Position numbers and translations under genes: made by a program. Below, in pieces: positions 1 to 9,478 of a DNA stretch of 64,000 nucleotides (its first letter is position 1; each line of letters opens with the position of its first letter). The notes below the pieces were generated by a model, which was given only the letters and a program-made list of their open reading frames with translations, searched no databases and was not told the DNA's origin. Source of the DNA: an uncultured Acidobacteriota bacterium (lineage in GTDB: Bacteria > Acidobacteriota > Vicinamibacteria > Vicinamibacterales > CAVVIG01); contig CAWBXO010000001.1 of assembly GCA_963792785.1 (NCBI GenBank), forward strand, positions 1,082,215 through 1,146,214, read 5' to 3'.

Positions 1-96
1 CAACGCACCACGCGCCCGACATCTCGCCGTACGAACGGCCGCTCCAGGCTCGCGAACTGCGGCGCTTCGGCGCGTCGCTATCCAGCGGCTCTTCGA

Positions 97-591
97 CTAG
101 AGTTCCCGCGGCAGGACTTCGCGCAAGCCGCTCCAGGTCTCGGGATCCTGGCTGAGCAGCGTTCGCAGATACAGCCCGACGTCATCGGCCGGGAACTGCC
201 CCTCGAGCGCGGCGACGGCCGCCGGCAGCTTCGCCGGATCCGGCTGCACCTCGTCCTCCTCGATGAGCCCGTTCTCGTGCACGATGCCGAGGGCGTCGAG
301 AAACGCGCCCATGAGCGGCCGCTGCGCCGACAGGTGATAGAGGACGAGCGTCCGGGCGGCGATGGCGTCGGGGAGCGACGGCAGGCTCGCGAGGTGCTTG
401 GCCTTGCGCTCGTCGTCGAGCGCGAGCACCGACTTGGGCCGGAACTTCTTCTGCTGCGCGATCATCAGCGCGGCCTGCACCTGATCGTCGATCGCCTGGT
501 CGTCCTGCCAGAACGCCAGTGCCGCCTGGTGCCGCTGCGCCGCACTCATCTGCTTCCAGAGCCGTGAAGGGGTCAAGGGCGTCTCGTCCAT
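97..591 (-). CDS. conserved hypothetical protein (164 aa)
   Basis: Last 164 codons of the 97..2142 minus ORF, starting at ATG 591..589 (MDETPLTPSRLWKQ...). The upstream part of that ORF is Arg/Gly-rich antisense of the MBOAT gene. No family recognised. Confidence 0.6.
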   Translation of the reverse strand: MDETPLTPSRLWKQMSAAQRHQAALAFWQDDQAIDDQVQAALMIAQQKKFRPKSVLALDDERKAKHLASLPSLPDAIAARTLVLYHLSAQRPLMGAFLDALGIVHENGLIEEDEVQPDPAKLPAAVAALEGQFPADDVGLYLRTLLSQDPETWSGLREVLPREL

Positions 592-627
592 TGCTGCTAT
601 TCTAGTCGGGCCGGGTTCCGCGCCAAC

Positions 628-2109
628 GTGCTGTTCAGCGAGCCGACGTTCCTCTTTCTGTTCCTGCCGGTCCTGCTGGCGTTGTACTTCGCGCCCGCCC
701 TGGCGATCAACCGGGCGACGGCCGGCGACCACGACCGGCCCGCGTACCGCAACACGCTGCTCCTCGGCGCGAGCGTGATCTTCTACGCGGCCGGCGGCGG
801 CTGGTTCACCTGGGTCATTCTCGCGTCGATCGCGTTCAACTACGGCCTGGCGCTGGCCGTCGAGGCCGCCCGCACGGCCGCCGCCAGAAAGACGCGCCTC
901 GCCGTGGCCGTCGCCGGCAACCTGATCCTGCTCGGCGTGTTCAAGTACGCCGACTTCGCCACCGCCAACGCCAACGCCATGCTGGCGGCGGCCGGCCGCC
1001 ACGCGATGCCGCTGCCGCACGTGCTGCTTCCGATCGGCATCTCGTTCTTCACGTTCCAGGCGATGTCGTACGTGATCGACGTCTACCGGCGCGACGCCAC
1101 GGCCCAGCGGAACCCGATCGACGCCGCGCTCTACCTGCTGCTCTTCCCGCAGCTCATCGCCGGCCCGATCGTCCGCTATCGCGATCTCGCGGCCGAACTC
1201 ACCCGCCGGCAGGTGTCGCTCGACGACTTCGCCGTCGGGGCGCGCCGATTCGTCGCCGGCCTCGCCAAGAAGGTCCTGGTCGCGAACGTCGTGGCCGGCC
1301 CGGCCGACCGCATTTTCGCCATGGCGCCCGGCCAGTGGACCGCGCCGCTGACGTGGCTGGGCCTGGTCTGCTACACGCTGCAGATCTATTTCGACTTCTC
1401 CGGCTACTCCGACATGGCGATCGGACTGGGCCGGATGTTCGGGTTTCATTTCCTCGAGAACTTCCGCTGGCCATACGTCTCCGCCACGGTGCAGGAGTTC
1501 TGGCGCCGCTGGCACATCTCGCTCTCGACCTGGTTCCGCGACTACCTCTACATCCCGCTCGGCGGCAACCGCGCCGGACGCGGCCGCGCCTACCTGAACC
1601 TCGTGATCGTCTTCACGCTGTGCGGACTGTGGCACGGCGCCGCCTGGAACTTCGTCGTATGGGGCCTGTTCCACGGCACGTTTCTCGTCCTCGAGCGCGC
1701 CGGGCTGGCGCGCGCGATCAAGACGCAATGGGCCCTGGTGGGCCGCGCGTACACGCTCGCCGTCGTGATGGTCGGGTGGGTCTTCTTCCGGGCCGACACG
1801 CTCGGCGCCGCGGTCGGGTTCCTGCGGGCGATGGCGGGCCTCGGCGCCGGCGCGCCCACGCCCTACCCCGCCGCCTGGTTCCTGACGCCGCACGTGATCG
1901 TCACGATCGCGGCCGGCATCCTCCTGTCCGCGCCCCTCGCGCCCTGGCTGGCCGGCTGGCGCGACCGGCTGCTCGCCGATCGGGCGCGCCCGGGCCGCGC
2001 GTGGGCCGCGGCCGCGATCGCCTCGGCCGGGTTCGTGGCGCTGCTCGCCGCCTCCGCGCTGCAGGTGGCCGCGGGCACGTACAATCCCTTCATCTACTTC
2101 AGGTTCTGA
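628..2109 (+). CDS. MBOAT family O-acyltransferase (AlgI/DltB-like)
   Basis: 493-aa multi-TM ORF with a GTG start. Carries the MBOAT hallmarks FQAMSYVIDVYRR and FWRRWHISLSTWFRDYLYIPLGGNR. Confidence 0.9.
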   Translation: MLFSEPTFLFLFLPVLLALYFAPALAINRATAGDHDRPAYRNTLLLGASVIFYAAGGGWFTWVILASIAFNYGLALAVEAARTAAARKTRLAVAVAGNLILLGVFKYADFATANANAMLAAAGRHAMPLPHVLLPIGISFFTFQAMSYVIDVYRRDATAQRNPIDAALYLLLFPQLIAGPIVRYRDLAAELTRRQVSLDDFAVGARRFVAGLAKKVLVANVVAGPADRIFAMAPGQWTAPLTWLGLVCYTLQIYFDFSGYSDMAIGLGRMFGFHFLENFRWPYVSATVQEFWRRWHISLSTWFRDYLYIPLGGNRAGRGRAYLNLVIVFTLCGLWHGAAWNFVVWGLFHGTFLVLERAGLARAIKTQWALVGRAYTLAVVMVGWVFFRADTLGAAVGFLRAMAGLGAGAPTPYPAAWFLTPHVIVTIAAGILLSAPLAPWLAGWRDRLLADRARPGRAWAAAAIASAGFVALLAASALQVAAGTYNPFIYFRF

Positions 2110-3272
2110 TGTCCTCCACAGGCACGGCCACGGCTCCCTCACGCGTCGCGCGAGCGGCGATCGTGGCCGCGTTCATCGTCGCGATCGGCGCACCGGGCCT
2201 CGGGCTCGTCGCCGGCGGCGATCGGAACACGATCTCCGAGGCGGAGATGCGGGAACTCGCCCCGGCGCCGGCGTGGCCCGGCACGCTGGCCGCGGCGGGC
2301 GCATGGCCGGCGGCATTCAAGGCCTACTTCGTCGACCACTTCGCCTTCCGCCCGGCGATGCTGCACCTCCAGGCGGTGGCGCTCTGGAACTGGCTCGGCA
2401 CGTCGGCCTCCGACACCGTCATCGCCGGCAAGGATGGCTGGCTCTTCTACGCGGACGATGGCGGCATGGACGACTACGTGCAGGCGCAGCCGATCTCGCA
2501 ACCGGAGCTCGAGGCCTGGCGGGAGACCCTCGACCGGACCCAGCGATGGCTCGCGGCACGGGGCATCCGCTATCTCGTGGTCTTCGTGCCCGACAAGCAG
2601 ATGATCTATCCCGAATTCATGCCGGACTCGCTCGGCCGGCTCAGCCCCGACTACCGCGTCGATCGCCTCCTCCCGTACCTGCGCGAGCATTCGACCGTCG
2701 ATCCGCTCGACCTGCGCCCGGCGCTGCGCGCCGCGAAGGGCGGCGAGCTCCTCTACGATCGCTACGACACGCACTGGAACGACCGCGGCGCACTGGCCGG
2801 CTATCAGGCCATCCTCGCGCGGCTGCGGCCGTGGTTTCCCTCGATGACGCCGCTGCCCCGCGAGGACTTCGTCACGTCGCCCGACGCCTCATCGGGCGAC
2901 AAGACGACGATGCTGGGGCTGGTGGATCGTGGAAAGCTGGCGATGCCGGGGCTGGTCCGGCGCGGTGGATGGCGCGCGACGGTCGTCGAGCCGGCGCACC
3001 CGGATCCGTACGGCGAGGAGGGCCGGCTCGTGACCGAGATCGCGGGCTCCTCGCTGCCCCGCGCCGTGGTGTTTCGCGACTCGTTCGCGGGCCGGCTGAT
3101 TCCCTATCTCTCCGAACACTTCAGCCGCGCGGTCTACCTCTGGGAGAACGACTTCGACCCGAACGTCGTCGAGCGGGAGCATCCCGACGTCGTGATTCAG
3201 GAGTACGTCGACCGCCACCTCGTGACGTTCGAGCCGTATCCGGGTCTCGTGCCGGCGCCCGACCGCCCCTGA
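2109..3272 (+). CDS. AlgX/AlgJ-like (DHHW-type) SGNH acetyltransferase/esterase partner of the MBOAT
   Basis: ATG 2109 overlaps the MBOAT stop (TGATG). Has an N-terminal membrane anchor and the motif YDRYDTHWNDRGA. This is the C-terminal 387 codons of ORF 1335..3272. Confidence 0.85.
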   Translation: MSSTGTATAPSRVARAAIVAAFIVAIGAPGLGLVAGGDRNTISEAEMRELAPAPAWPGTLAAAGAWPAAFKAYFVDHFAFRPAMLHLQAVALWNWLGTSASDTVIAGKDGWLFYADDGGMDDYVQAQPISQPELEAWRETLDRTQRWLAARGIRYLVVFVPDKQMIYPEFMPDSLGRLSPDYRVDRLLPYLREHSTVDPLDLRPALRAAKGGELLYDRYDTHWNDRGALAGYQAILARLRPWFPSMTPLPREDFVTSPDASSGDKTTMLGLVDRGKLAMPGLVRRGGWRATVVEPAHPDPYGEEGRLVTEIAGSSLPRAVVFRDSFAGRLIPYLSEHFSRAVYLWENDFDPNVVEREHPDVVIQEYVDRHLVTFEPYPGLVPAPDRP

Positions 3273-3283
3273 CGGCCTGCCCC

Positions 3284-3574
3284 TCAGACCTCGATATCGA
3301 CGGCGACGATGTGCTCGGCGAGGCCGACGCCGTGCTGCGCGACGGGCACGTGGTTCGGATCCTTCTGGTACGCGTCGAGCGCGGCGCGGTTCGGGAACGT
3401 GACAATCAACCCGGTGTCGTAGGACCGCGCGGATCGGACGACGTCGGCGCCGACCTGGAGATCCAGGACGCCGCCCAGGGCGCGCAGGCCCGCGAGGCGG
3501 GCTCGATGATCGGCGCGCGCGGCCTCGTCGACGTCGGCTTTGTACTTGAAGCACACCAGGTGCACCAGGGGCAT
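3284..3574 (-). CDS. Dabb (stress-responsive alpha/beta-barrel) domain protein
   Basis: 96-aa ORF with the typical Dabb pattern: VHLVCFKYK ... RSYDTGLIVTF ... AEHIVAVD. Confidence 0.85.
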   Translation of the reverse strand: MPLVHLVCFKYKADVDEAARADHRARLAGLRALGGVLDLQVGADVVRSARSYDTGLIVTFPNRAALDAYQKDPNHVPVAQHGVGLAEHIVAVDIEV

Positions 3575-3925
3575 CTACAGCTCCTCTCCGTCGATGTCAT
3601 CGTCGCCGACATCGACGACGGCGGAGTGGATCTCGATCGCGAACCACTCGCGGAACGTCTTGAGGTCGCGCACGGCGGGCCAGAGCGCCTCGTCCTCGGT
3701 CCAGGTCGACAACTGGAACTCGAAGATCCAGTCGGCGTTCTCCTCGACCCACTCCTGCACGTCCTCTTCCAGCTCGAACTCCGGCAGCAGGAAGGCGGTG
3801 CCGTAGGGCCGCGCGGGCGCGACGGTGACCGCGCCCTTGGCAGCGTCGGCGTCGCACGTGCGCATCCACTCGAGGAAGGGACCGGCGCCGGTGATCGAAA
3901 CGGCGGTGCGATTCACGACACGCAT
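3575..3925 (-). CDS. hypothetical protein (116 aa, acidic C-terminus)
   Basis: The ORF abuts the Dabb gene start, with no gap. Composition looks coding. No family recognised. Confidence 0.6.
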   Translation of the reverse strand: MRVVNRTAVSITGAGPFLEWMRTCDADAAKGAVTVAPARPYGTAFLLPEFELEEDVQEWVEENADWIFEFQLSTWTEDEALWPAVRDLKTFREWFAIEIHSAVVDVGDDDIDGEEL

Positions 3926-3928
3926 GGA

Positions 3929-4531
3929 TTAATTGTAGGCCAGGCGCTCGGGATGCCCGGCGTGGCGCCGGAGCCACGCGCGCGCTTCCCTGAACTCGGG
4001 ACACGCGTCGGCCACGAGCTTCCAGAAGCGCGGGGAATGATCCAGCCGGCGCAGGTGCATGAGTTCGTGCAGGATCACGTAGTCGCGGACCCAGTCGGGC
4101 ATCAGCACCAGCCGCCAGTTCAGGCAGATGTGGCCGGCCCGCGAGCACGAGCCCCAGCGCCAGCGCTGGTTCCGGACGCTCACGCGGGCCACGGTGAGGC
4201 CGTGCGCGCCCGCCAGCTCGGCGACGCGTGCCGGCAGCACGCGGCCCGCCTTCGCCCGGAGGGCGCGCTCGACGTCGGGCGGCGGCGCCTGGCGGCGCGC
4301 CAGGGCCTGCTCCTCGGCGACGCGCCGCCGCTCCTTCTCGATCCAGTCATGCTCGCGCTCCGCGAACGCGAGGGCCTCCCGGCGCGAGCCTCCGCGCGGC
4401 ACCGACACGCGCACCGAGCCGTCCGGGCGGACCCGGATCACGTAGCGCCGGGCGCGCGCGTGCCGCACGACGTCGACGTCACTCACGGCACGGCTCCTCG
4501 GCAGTTCGCCGCCAGACGGCGTGGCCATCAT
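3929..4531 (-). CDS. YgjP-like (DUF45/M48-type) metal-dependent hydrolase
   Basis: 200-aa ORF with the zinc motif HELMHL and the WGSC...ICLNWRL pattern of the family. Confidence 0.85.
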   Translation of the reverse strand: MMATPSGGELPRSRAVSDVDVVRHARARRYVIRVRPDGSVRVSVPRGGSRREALAFAEREHDWIEKERRRVAEEQALARRQAPPPDVERALRAKAGRVLPARVAELAGAHGLTVARVSVRNQRWRWGSCSRAGHICLNWRLVLMPDWVRDYVILHELMHLRRLDHSPRFWKLVADACPEFREARAWLRRHAGHPERLAYN

Positions 4532-4540
4532 CCCTCGCGA

Positions 4541-5674
4541 TCAGAGCGAGTCCAGCACCTCGCGCGTGTGCTCCCCGAGCGCCGGCGGCGGCCGCTTCGG
4601 CTCGGCGGGCGTGCGCGACAGCTTCACCGGGTTACCGAGCATCCGCACATCGCCCAGCGTCTCGTGCGCCTGGACGAGCATCATATCCCGCGCCGCCACC
4701 TGCGGATCCGCGACGGCCTCGCCGACGGTGCGCACGCGCCCGCACGGCACGTGGCGCGCCTCCAGCTTCGCCGTGAGCTCGTCGACGCGCATCGTCGAGA
4801 ACACGCGCTCCAGCTCGGCCTTGAGCGCGGACCGGTTCGAGAGCCGATCGGTGTTCGTCGCGAAGCGGGGATCGCCGGCCAGATCCAGGCGCCCGATGGC
4901 CTCGAGGAAATCCCGCCAGAGGCGGGGGTTCGCCACGGCCACGATGATGCGGCCGTCCTGGGCGTGCAGCGTCTCGTATGGCGCGATCGACGGGTGGTCG
5001 TTGCCGCGGCGGCCGGGCGGCACGCCGGTGGCGAGCAGGATCCCGACGGGCAGGTGCATCACCGACAGCATCGAGTCGAACAGCGCGATGTCGACGTGCT
5101 GCCCCTGCCCGCTCTTCTCGCGATCGAGCAGGGCCAGGAGGATGCCCTGCATCGCATAGTGGCCGGCGAGGTAGTCCGTGATCGCGATGCCGACGCGCGT
5201 CGGCTCGCCGTCGGGGAACCCGGTCACGTCCATCAGCCCGGCCTCGCCCTGAATGACCACGTCGTAGCCGGTCAGCCTCGCGCGCGGGCCCGTGTGTCCG
5301 TAGCCGCTGATCGAGCAGTAAACCAGGCGCGGGTTGGCCGCGAGGACGTCGGCGGGGCCGAAGCCCAGCGCCTCCAGGCTGCCCGGCCGGAAGTTCTCGA
5401 TGAGCACGTCGGCGGTGCGGACGAGGGCGCGCAGCGCGTCGGCGCCCGCGGGACTCTTGAGATCGAGGGCCACGCTCTTCTTGGAACGGTTGACGCCGAG
5501 GAAGTAGCTGCTCCAGCCCTCGACGAACGGCGCCCAGGCGCGCGTCTCGTCGCCGCGCTCGGGCTCCTCGATCTTGAGCACCTCGGCGCCCATGTCGCCG
5601 AGCATCATCGTGCAGAACGGGCCCGCCAGCACGCGGGTGAGGTCGATCACGCGGAGTCCGTCGAGCGGCGCCAT
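4541..5674 (-). CDS. class III CoA-transferase (CaiB/BaiF family)
   Basis: 377-aa ORF. The N-terminus LDGLRVIDLTRVLAGPFCTMMLGDMGAEVLKIE is typical of the family. Confidence 0.9.
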   Translation of the reverse strand: MAPLDGLRVIDLTRVLAGPFCTMMLGDMGAEVLKIEEPERGDETRAWAPFVEGWSSYFLGVNRSKKSVALDLKSPAGADALRALVRTADVLIENFRPGSLEALGFGPADVLAANPRLVYCSISGYGHTGPRARLTGYDVVIQGEAGLMDVTGFPDGEPTRVGIAITDYLAGHYAMQGILLALLDREKSGQGQHVDIALFDSMLSVMHLPVGILLATGVPPGRRGNDHPSIAPYETLHAQDGRIIVAVANPRLWRDFLEAIGRLDLAGDPRFATNTDRLSNRSALKAELERVFSTMRVDELTAKLEARHVPCGRVRTVGEAVADPQVAARDMMLVQAHETLGDVRMLGNPVKLSRTPAEPKRPPPALGEHTREVLDSL

Positions 5675-5721
5675 GGTCGCAGTCTAGCAAATTGACGGCG
5701 GCGCGCCCGGCGGGCCGTGGA

Positions 5722-5727
5722 TATAAT
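5722..5727 (+). promoter_or_regulatory. candidate -10 box (TATAAT) for the cytochrome c / PQQ dehydrogenase operon
   Basis: Perfect TATAAT in the 76-bp divergent intergenic region, 23 nt upstream of ATG 5751. An SD (GGAGG) sits at 5741..5745. No good -35 box at 17-bp spacing. Confidence 0.35.
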
Positions 5728-5750
5728 GGCGCGTCACTCAGGAGGCGAGC

Positions 5751-6596
5751 ATGCACGGGAGCCGAGCCGCGTCCGCCGTCGCTCTCACGGCCGTCCTCGT
5801 CGTCGTCCTCTGGGGCGGTGCCGGCGCCGCGTTGATCGCGCAGGCGCCCGCGCGCGAGAACCCGCTCGCCGGCCAGGCCGACGCCATCCGCAACGGCCAG
5901 GGCCTCTTTCGCGCGCGCTGCGCGAACTGCCACGGGATGGACGCCGCCGGCGTGCGCGGCCCCGACCTGACCGCGGTCTGGGCGAGCGGCCGCACCGACG
6001 AAGGCCTGTTCCACACGATCCGCACCGGCATTCCCGGCACCGAGATGCCCGCGATCAACGCGCGCTCGGGCGACGACGACGTCTGGCGCATCCTCGCGTA
6101 CCTGCGGACGCTCAACGTCGCGCCCGCGCCCGCGCCGGTGGGCAATGCCGCCAACGGTGAGCGCGTCTTCCGCGCCCAGTGCGCCAGTTGCCACAAGGTG
6201 AACGGCCGCGGCGGCCGCCTCGGCCCCGACCTCTCGCGCATCGGCGCGGCGCGGGCCCGCGCCGCCCTCGTGCGCCAGATTCGCGGCGCCAACGAGGACC
6301 ACCGCCCCGGCTATGCGCCGGTCACGCTCACCCTGCCGGACGGCCGCACGCTGCGCGGCGTGAAGAAGAACGAGGACCTGTTCTCCGTGCAGATCATGGA
6401 CACGGGCGAGCGGATCCAGGGCTACCTGAAGGACACGCTGCGCGGCGTCGACAGCACCGCGCGGTCGGCCATGCCGGTCTACGGGCCCGACCGCCTCAGC
6501 GAGAGCGACCTCAACGACCTGCTGCAGTATCTGGGCACGTTGCGCCCTTCGACGAGCTCAGGGCGGGGTGAGCCTGTCGAACCCCGCGGAAGATAG
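5751..6596 (+). CDS. dihaem c-type cytochrome
   Basis: 281-aa ORF with a signal peptide and two CxxCH motifs (CANCH, CASCH). Lies directly upstream of the PQQ dehydrogenase. Confidence 0.8.
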   Translation: MHGSRAASAVALTAVLVVVLWGGAGAALIAQAPARENPLAGQADAIRNGQGLFRARCANCHGMDAAGVRGPDLTAVWASGRTDEGLFHTIRTGIPGTEMPAINARSGDDDVWRILAYLRTLNVAPAPAPVGNAANGERVFRAQCASCHKVNGRGGRLGPDLSRIGAARARAALVRQIRGANEDHRPGYAPVTLTLPDGRTLRGVKKNEDLFSVQIMDTGERIQGYLKDTLRGVDSTARSAMPVYGPDRLSESDLNDLLQYLGTLRPSTSSGRGEPVEPRGR

Positions 6597-6606
6597 AGGA
6601 GATCCC

Positions 6607-8229
6607 ATGCCGTCCACGATTCGCCGCCTGGCTGTCGCTGCCAGCCTCGCCCTCGTCGCCGCGGCCCCGCTCGTCGCCCAGCGCGGGCCCACCGTCACCG
6701 CCGACGACCTGCGGCAGGGCCTCGCCGATCCCGGCAAGTGGCTGATGTTCGGCGGCACGTACGACGGCCAACGCCACAGTCCGCTCACGCAGATCACGCC
6801 GGAGAACGTCGGCCAGCTGGTGCCGCAGTGGACGTTCCAGACCGACACGCTCGGCCGCTTCGAGACGACGACGCTGCTCCTCGACAACGTCCTCTATGTC
6901 ACCGGCCCGCAGAACGTGGCCTTCGCCCTCGACGCCCGCACGGGCCGCCAGATCTGGCGCTACCGGCGCGAACTGCCGTCCCAGGGCCTCACGGCCTGCT
7001 GCGGCCTCGTGAACAAGGGCTTCGGCGTGCTTGGCGACAAGCTGTTCATGACCACGCTCGACGCCCACGTCCTGGCCCTCGACATGCGCACCGGCGACAT
7101 CGTCTGGGACGCGACGATGGAGGACTACCGGAAGGGGTACGCCTCGACGATCGCGCCGCTCGTCGTGAACGGCAAGGTGATCGTCGGCGTGGCCGGTGGC
7201 GAGTACGGGATCCGCGGCTTCATCGACGCGTACGACGCCGAGACCGGCGCGCGCGCCTGGCGCTTCTACACCGTGCCGGCGCCGGGCGAGGCCGGCAGCG
7301 AGACGTGGGCCGGCGACGCGTGGGAGCGCGGCGGCGCCTCGGTGTGGACCACGGGGACCTACGACCCCGAGCAGAACCTCGTGTTCTTCGGCACCGGCAA
7401 CCCGAGCCCCGATTACCACTCGGCCAGCCGGGAAGGCGACAACCTCTACGCCACGTCGCTCGTGGCGCTCGACGCCGACACGGGCGCGCTGCGCTGGCAC
7501 TACCAGTTCACGCCGCACGACACGCACGACTGGGACTCGACCAACGTGCCCGTGCTGGCGGATCTGACGATCGACGGGCGGCCCCGCAAGGTCGTGATGA
7601 TCGCCAACCGCAACGGCTTCTTCTACACGCTCGATCGCACGAATGGCCGGCTCATCGTCGGGCGGCCGTTCGTCGAGACGAACTGGGCCAAGGAGATCGG
7701 CCCCGACGGCCGGCCCGTGGAGCTGCCCGGCCACCTGCCGGACGAAAAGGGATCGATCACGTGCCCCGACCTGGTCGGCGGGACGAACTTCATGCCGCCG
7801 TCCTACGATCCGGACCTGCAGCTTTTCTTCGTGACGGCGCGCGAGACGTGCGCGACGTTCTTCGCCTGGGAGCCCCAGTACAGCGCGGGCGACAGCTTCA
7901 CGGGCGGCGCGACGTCGCGCGCCCCCGGCAGCGACGAGCCCTGGGGCGCCCTGCGCGCGATCGACCCGCGCACGGGCGAGCGCCGCTGGGAATTCAAGTA
8001 CCCATCGCCGTCGTGGGCCGGCGCGCTCTCGACGGCCTCGGGCCTGGTCTTCACGGGCGACGCGCAGGGCAACTTCTACGCGCTCGACTCGCGTTCGGGC
8101 CGGATGGTCTATCACTACCAGCTCGGCTCGAACCTCCACGGCACGTCGCCGGTGACCTACATGCTCGACGGCAAGCAGATCGTGCTCGTGCCGGCCGGCA
8201 CGAACCTGACGGCGTTCGCGATCCCGTGA
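6607..8229 (+). CDS. PQQ-dependent dehydrogenase, methanol/ethanol family
   Basis: Internal ATG 6607 is preceded by GAGGAG. Has a signal peptide (MPSTIRRLAVAASLALVAAAPLVAQ), beta-propeller W-repeats and the vicinal Cys pair LTACCGLVNKG typical of quinoprotein ADH/MDH. Confidence 0.9.
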   Translation: MPSTIRRLAVAASLALVAAAPLVAQRGPTVTADDLRQGLADPGKWLMFGGTYDGQRHSPLTQITPENVGQLVPQWTFQTDTLGRFETTTLLLDNVLYVTGPQNVAFALDARTGRQIWRYRRELPSQGLTACCGLVNKGFGVLGDKLFMTTLDAHVLALDMRTGDIVWDATMEDYRKGYASTIAPLVVNGKVIVGVAGGEYGIRGFIDAYDAETGARAWRFYTVPAPGEAGSETWAGDAWERGGASVWTTGTYDPEQNLVFFGTGNPSPDYHSASREGDNLYATSLVALDADTGALRWHYQFTPHDTHDWDSTNVPVLADLTIDGRPRKVVMIANRNGFFYTLDRTNGRLIVGRPFVETNWAKEIGPDGRPVELPGHLPDEKGSITCPDLVGGTNFMPPSYDPDLQLFFVTARETCATFFAWEPQYSAGDSFTGGATSRAPGSDEPWGALRAIDPRTGERRWEFKYPSPSWAGALSTASGLVFTGDAQGNFYALDSRSGRMVYHYQLGSNLHGTSPVTYMLDGKQIVLVPAGTNLTAFAIP

Positions 8230-8284
8230 CGCCGGCCGGCGATCACCCGGCGGGCGGCTGATATACTAGCGGTTTCAGGCATCC

Positions 8285-9340
8285 ATGCTGAGACCGACCG
8301 ACGACCTCCGCATTCGCGACGTCCGCCCGCTGATCCCGCCCTCGATCCTGCTCGAGGAGATCCCGATCTCCGAGGCGGCGTCGAACGTCGTGGCCGACGC
8401 GCGCCAGGCCGTGGCGGAAAGCCTCGCCGGACGCGACCGCCGTCTCGTGGTCATCGCCGGCCCATGCTCGATCCACGACACCCGGGCCGCGCTCGAGTAC
8501 GCCGCGCGGCTCCACGTCCTGGCCCGCCGCTACGCCGGCGCGCTCATCATCGTCATGCGGGCCTACTTCGAGAAGCCGCGCACCTCCGTCGGCTGGAAGG
8601 GCCTCATCAACGACCCCGACCTGGACGAGAGCTTCCACATCAACAAGGGCCTGCGGCTCGCGCGGCAGCTGCTCGTCGACGTGAACGCCATGGGCCTCCC
8701 GACGGCGTCCGAGTTTCTCGACACGCAGATCCCGCAGCACATCGCGGATCTGACGTCGTGGGTGGCGATCGGCGCGCGCACGACCGAGAGCCAGGTGCAC
8801 CGAGAGCTGGCGTCCGGGCTGTCGATGCCGGTCGGCTTCAAGAACACGACGGACGGCGGCGTGGAGGTGGCGATCGACGCCGTCCTCGCCGCGCGGTCGT
8901 GCCACTGGTTCCCGTCAGTGACCAAGCAGGGCGTGTCGGCCATCTTCCAGACGACCGGGAACGAGGCGTGCCACGTGATCCTGCGGGGCGGCTCGCGGAC
9001 GGGGCCGAACTACGACGCCGAGCACATCGCCAAGGTGGCCGAGCGGCTCGCCCACCGCGGCCTCGGCGAGGCGGTGATGGTGGACTGCTCGCACGGCAAC
9101 AGCCGGAAGGATCACCTGCGGCAGATCGAGGTGGCCGCGGACCTGAGCGCGCAGATTGCGGGGGGATCGCGCCGGATCTTCGGCGTGATGCTCGAGAGCC
9201 ACCTCGTGGAGGGCCGCCAGGACTACGTGCCCGGCCAGCCCGCCGTCTACGGCCAGAGCATCACCGACGCCTGCCTGTCGCTCGAGCAGACCGAGCCGAT
9301 CCTCGAGCAGCTCGCGAACGCGCAGCAGACGCGCGGCTAG
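8285..9340 (+). CDS. 3-deoxy-7-phosphoheptulonate (DAHP) synthase, class I
   Basis: 351-aa ORF with class-I AroF/G/H-type blocks: LVVIAGPCSIHD, RAYFEKPRTSVGWKGLINDP, MVDCSHGNS. Confidence 0.95.
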   Translation: MLRPTDDLRIRDVRPLIPPSILLEEIPISEAASNVVADARQAVAESLAGRDRRLVVIAGPCSIHDTRAALEYAARLHVLARRYAGALIIVMRAYFEKPRTSVGWKGLINDPDLDESFHINKGLRLARQLLVDVNAMGLPTASEFLDTQIPQHIADLTSWVAIGARTTESQVHRELASGLSMPVGFKNTTDGGVEVAIDAVLAARSCHWFPSVTKQGVSAIFQTTGNEACHVILRGGSRTGPNYDAEHIAKVAERLAHRGLGEAVMVDCSHGNSRKDHLRQIEVAADLSAQIAGGSRRIFGVMLESHLVEGRQDYVPGQPAVYGQSITDACLSLEQTEPILEQLANAQQTRG

Positions 9341-9347
9341 GAAGGTC

Positions 9348-9364
9348 GGGCAGGGCGGGTCGGG
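9348..9364 (+). other. G-quadruplex-forming motif (GGG-ca-GGG-c-GGG-tc-GGG)
   Basis: Four GGG tracts with 1-2-nt loops, 8 nt after the DAHP synthase stop codon. Confidence 0.5.
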
Positions 9365-9382
9365 CAGGTAGGCCGGGTCGGC

Positions 9383-9417
9383 AAAGAAAAAGGCGGGACG
9401 CCTTTCGGCCTCCCGCC
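9383..9417 (-). terminator. rho-independent terminator of cassette A (minus strand)
   Basis: Read on the minus strand: GGCGGGA-GGCCGAAAGGCG-TCCCGCC followed by TTTTTCTTT. Lies 58 nt downstream of the stop at 9475. Confidence 0.7.
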
Positions 9418-9422
9418 CCTTC

Positions 9423-9478
9423 GTTCCTCAGTTCTGAGTTCCTGAATTCCTCAGTTCCTCAGCTTCTCAGCTTCTCAC
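9423..9478. repeat. degenerate octamer tandem repeat (GTTCCTCA / GCTTCTCA family, about 7 units)
   Basis: The run reads gttcctca gttctga gttcctgaa ttcctca gttcctca gcttctca gcttctca. It lies between the stop of 9475..10455 and its terminator. Confidence 0.75.

Noticed and set aside
1-96. Possible partial gene at the left edge (minus-strand frame with high GC3 and an ATG at 21..19)
   Set aside because: Only about 7 codons would lie inside the window and there is no recognisable motif, so it cannot be supported.
2273-5695. Long plus-strand ORF (1140 aa), plus similar ORFs: 97..2142 upstream part, 6511..8139, 8464..10626, 11943..14213, 13886..15220, 15294..16640, 43253..45826 upstream part, 44968..46461, 46308..49277 upstream part, 52300..54768, 58357..60831
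   Set aside because: These are antisense or out-of-frame shadows of well-supported genes. They have a low-complexity Arg/Ala/Gly/Pro composition and no recognisable motifs. Each overlaps a gene with clear family signatures.
6607-8229. Lanthanide-dependent (XoxF/ExaF/PedH-type) PQQ dehydrogenase
   Set aside because: The catalytic-Asp context reads HDWDSTN. The residue two positions after the catalytic Asp is Thr, not the extra Asp (W-D-x-D) that marks lanthanide-dependent enzymes. A Ca-type or other subgroup is more likely.
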